Assembly (NCBI RefSeq): GCF_006345805.1 | Contig: NC_043000.1 | Span: 29,326,001 to 29,390,000 of the forward strand | DNA: 64,000 bases | Source: Octopus sinensis | Taxonomy: Eukaryota | Reading direction: 5' to 3' | The notes under the pieces: generated by a model | What the model saw: the letters and a program-made list of their open reading frames with translations, nothing else | Databases searched by the model: none | Told to the model about the DNA's origin: nothing | Made by a program: the position numbers and the translations under genes | In this document: one piece after another, positions 63,581 to 64,000 of the stretch | Position numbering within the stretch: position 1 is the first letter of the stretch | Layout of the letters: each line of letters opens with the position of its first letter

Positions 63581-64000
63581 GTCAAATGTAAATAATGTAA
63601 AGAGATTTAAACTGTTTCCATGTATGCAGCAGGATAGTACATTCCTGTAGCAGTTTCTACTTATAATGGCGAATATGGAATTCTATAGCGTAGAACGACT
63701 TGGCATCGTTCATCCGGCTTTATATCATATTTATATTCTATCAAAGTGGATAAATATCTTTGTTTATCGTAGCTTTGTAGTATTAAACGATGAATCATCA
63801 TTCATCCAGTTTTATATGATATCTAGATCTTATTAACGAACGGAGATCTTCCTTTGTCATAATTTCAAACATCACATAAGTACAGTCCATTGAATAGTGC
63901 TTTGTTATCCACAAACATATATAATAAGAAAAAATAGAAGAGTGCTACATAGATTTTGTTAATATTTGTCCTCATCTTGTTTGTTGTTAACACAACGTTT

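Overview
AT-rich, microsatellite-saturated eukaryotic DNA. The SINE families and the (TA)n/(CA)n/(TAGA)n load point to a coleoid cephalopod, most likely Octopus (inferred from recognition, not from a search). There is no intact protein-coding gene, rRNA, true tRNA or CRISPR array, and nearly all ORFs in the track are microsatellite read-throughs. Mobile DNA: three tRNA-derived SINE families (labelled A, B, C here) in about 30 copies or fragments; two full-length dead Tc1 elements (8596-10262, and an IR/DR type at 46923-48545); mariner and maT-like remnants; three TA-flanked MITEs; four non-autonomous Helitrons plus a DINE-1/HINE-like element; and RTE and REL-endonuclease (R4/Dong-like) LINE fragments. 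Main result: about 12 type I hammerhead-ribozyme motifs from at least 6 unrelated short repeat families, on both strands and mostly lodged in (TA)n tracts. Each has a self-complementary (or once-mutated) stem III. They include U3-A8 covariant cores, recurrent U4C cores, and two cases inside long palindromes. This resembles non-autonomous Penelope-pLTR or retrozyme-like units, but no Penelope ORF is present here and activity is untested. Other notable items are fixed-junction 184-bp SINE multimers, perfect 22-bp hairpins inside decayed SINEs, a (TAA)n-associated LINE and non-coding element pair, and three weak + strand exon candidates that may mark a long-intron host gene.
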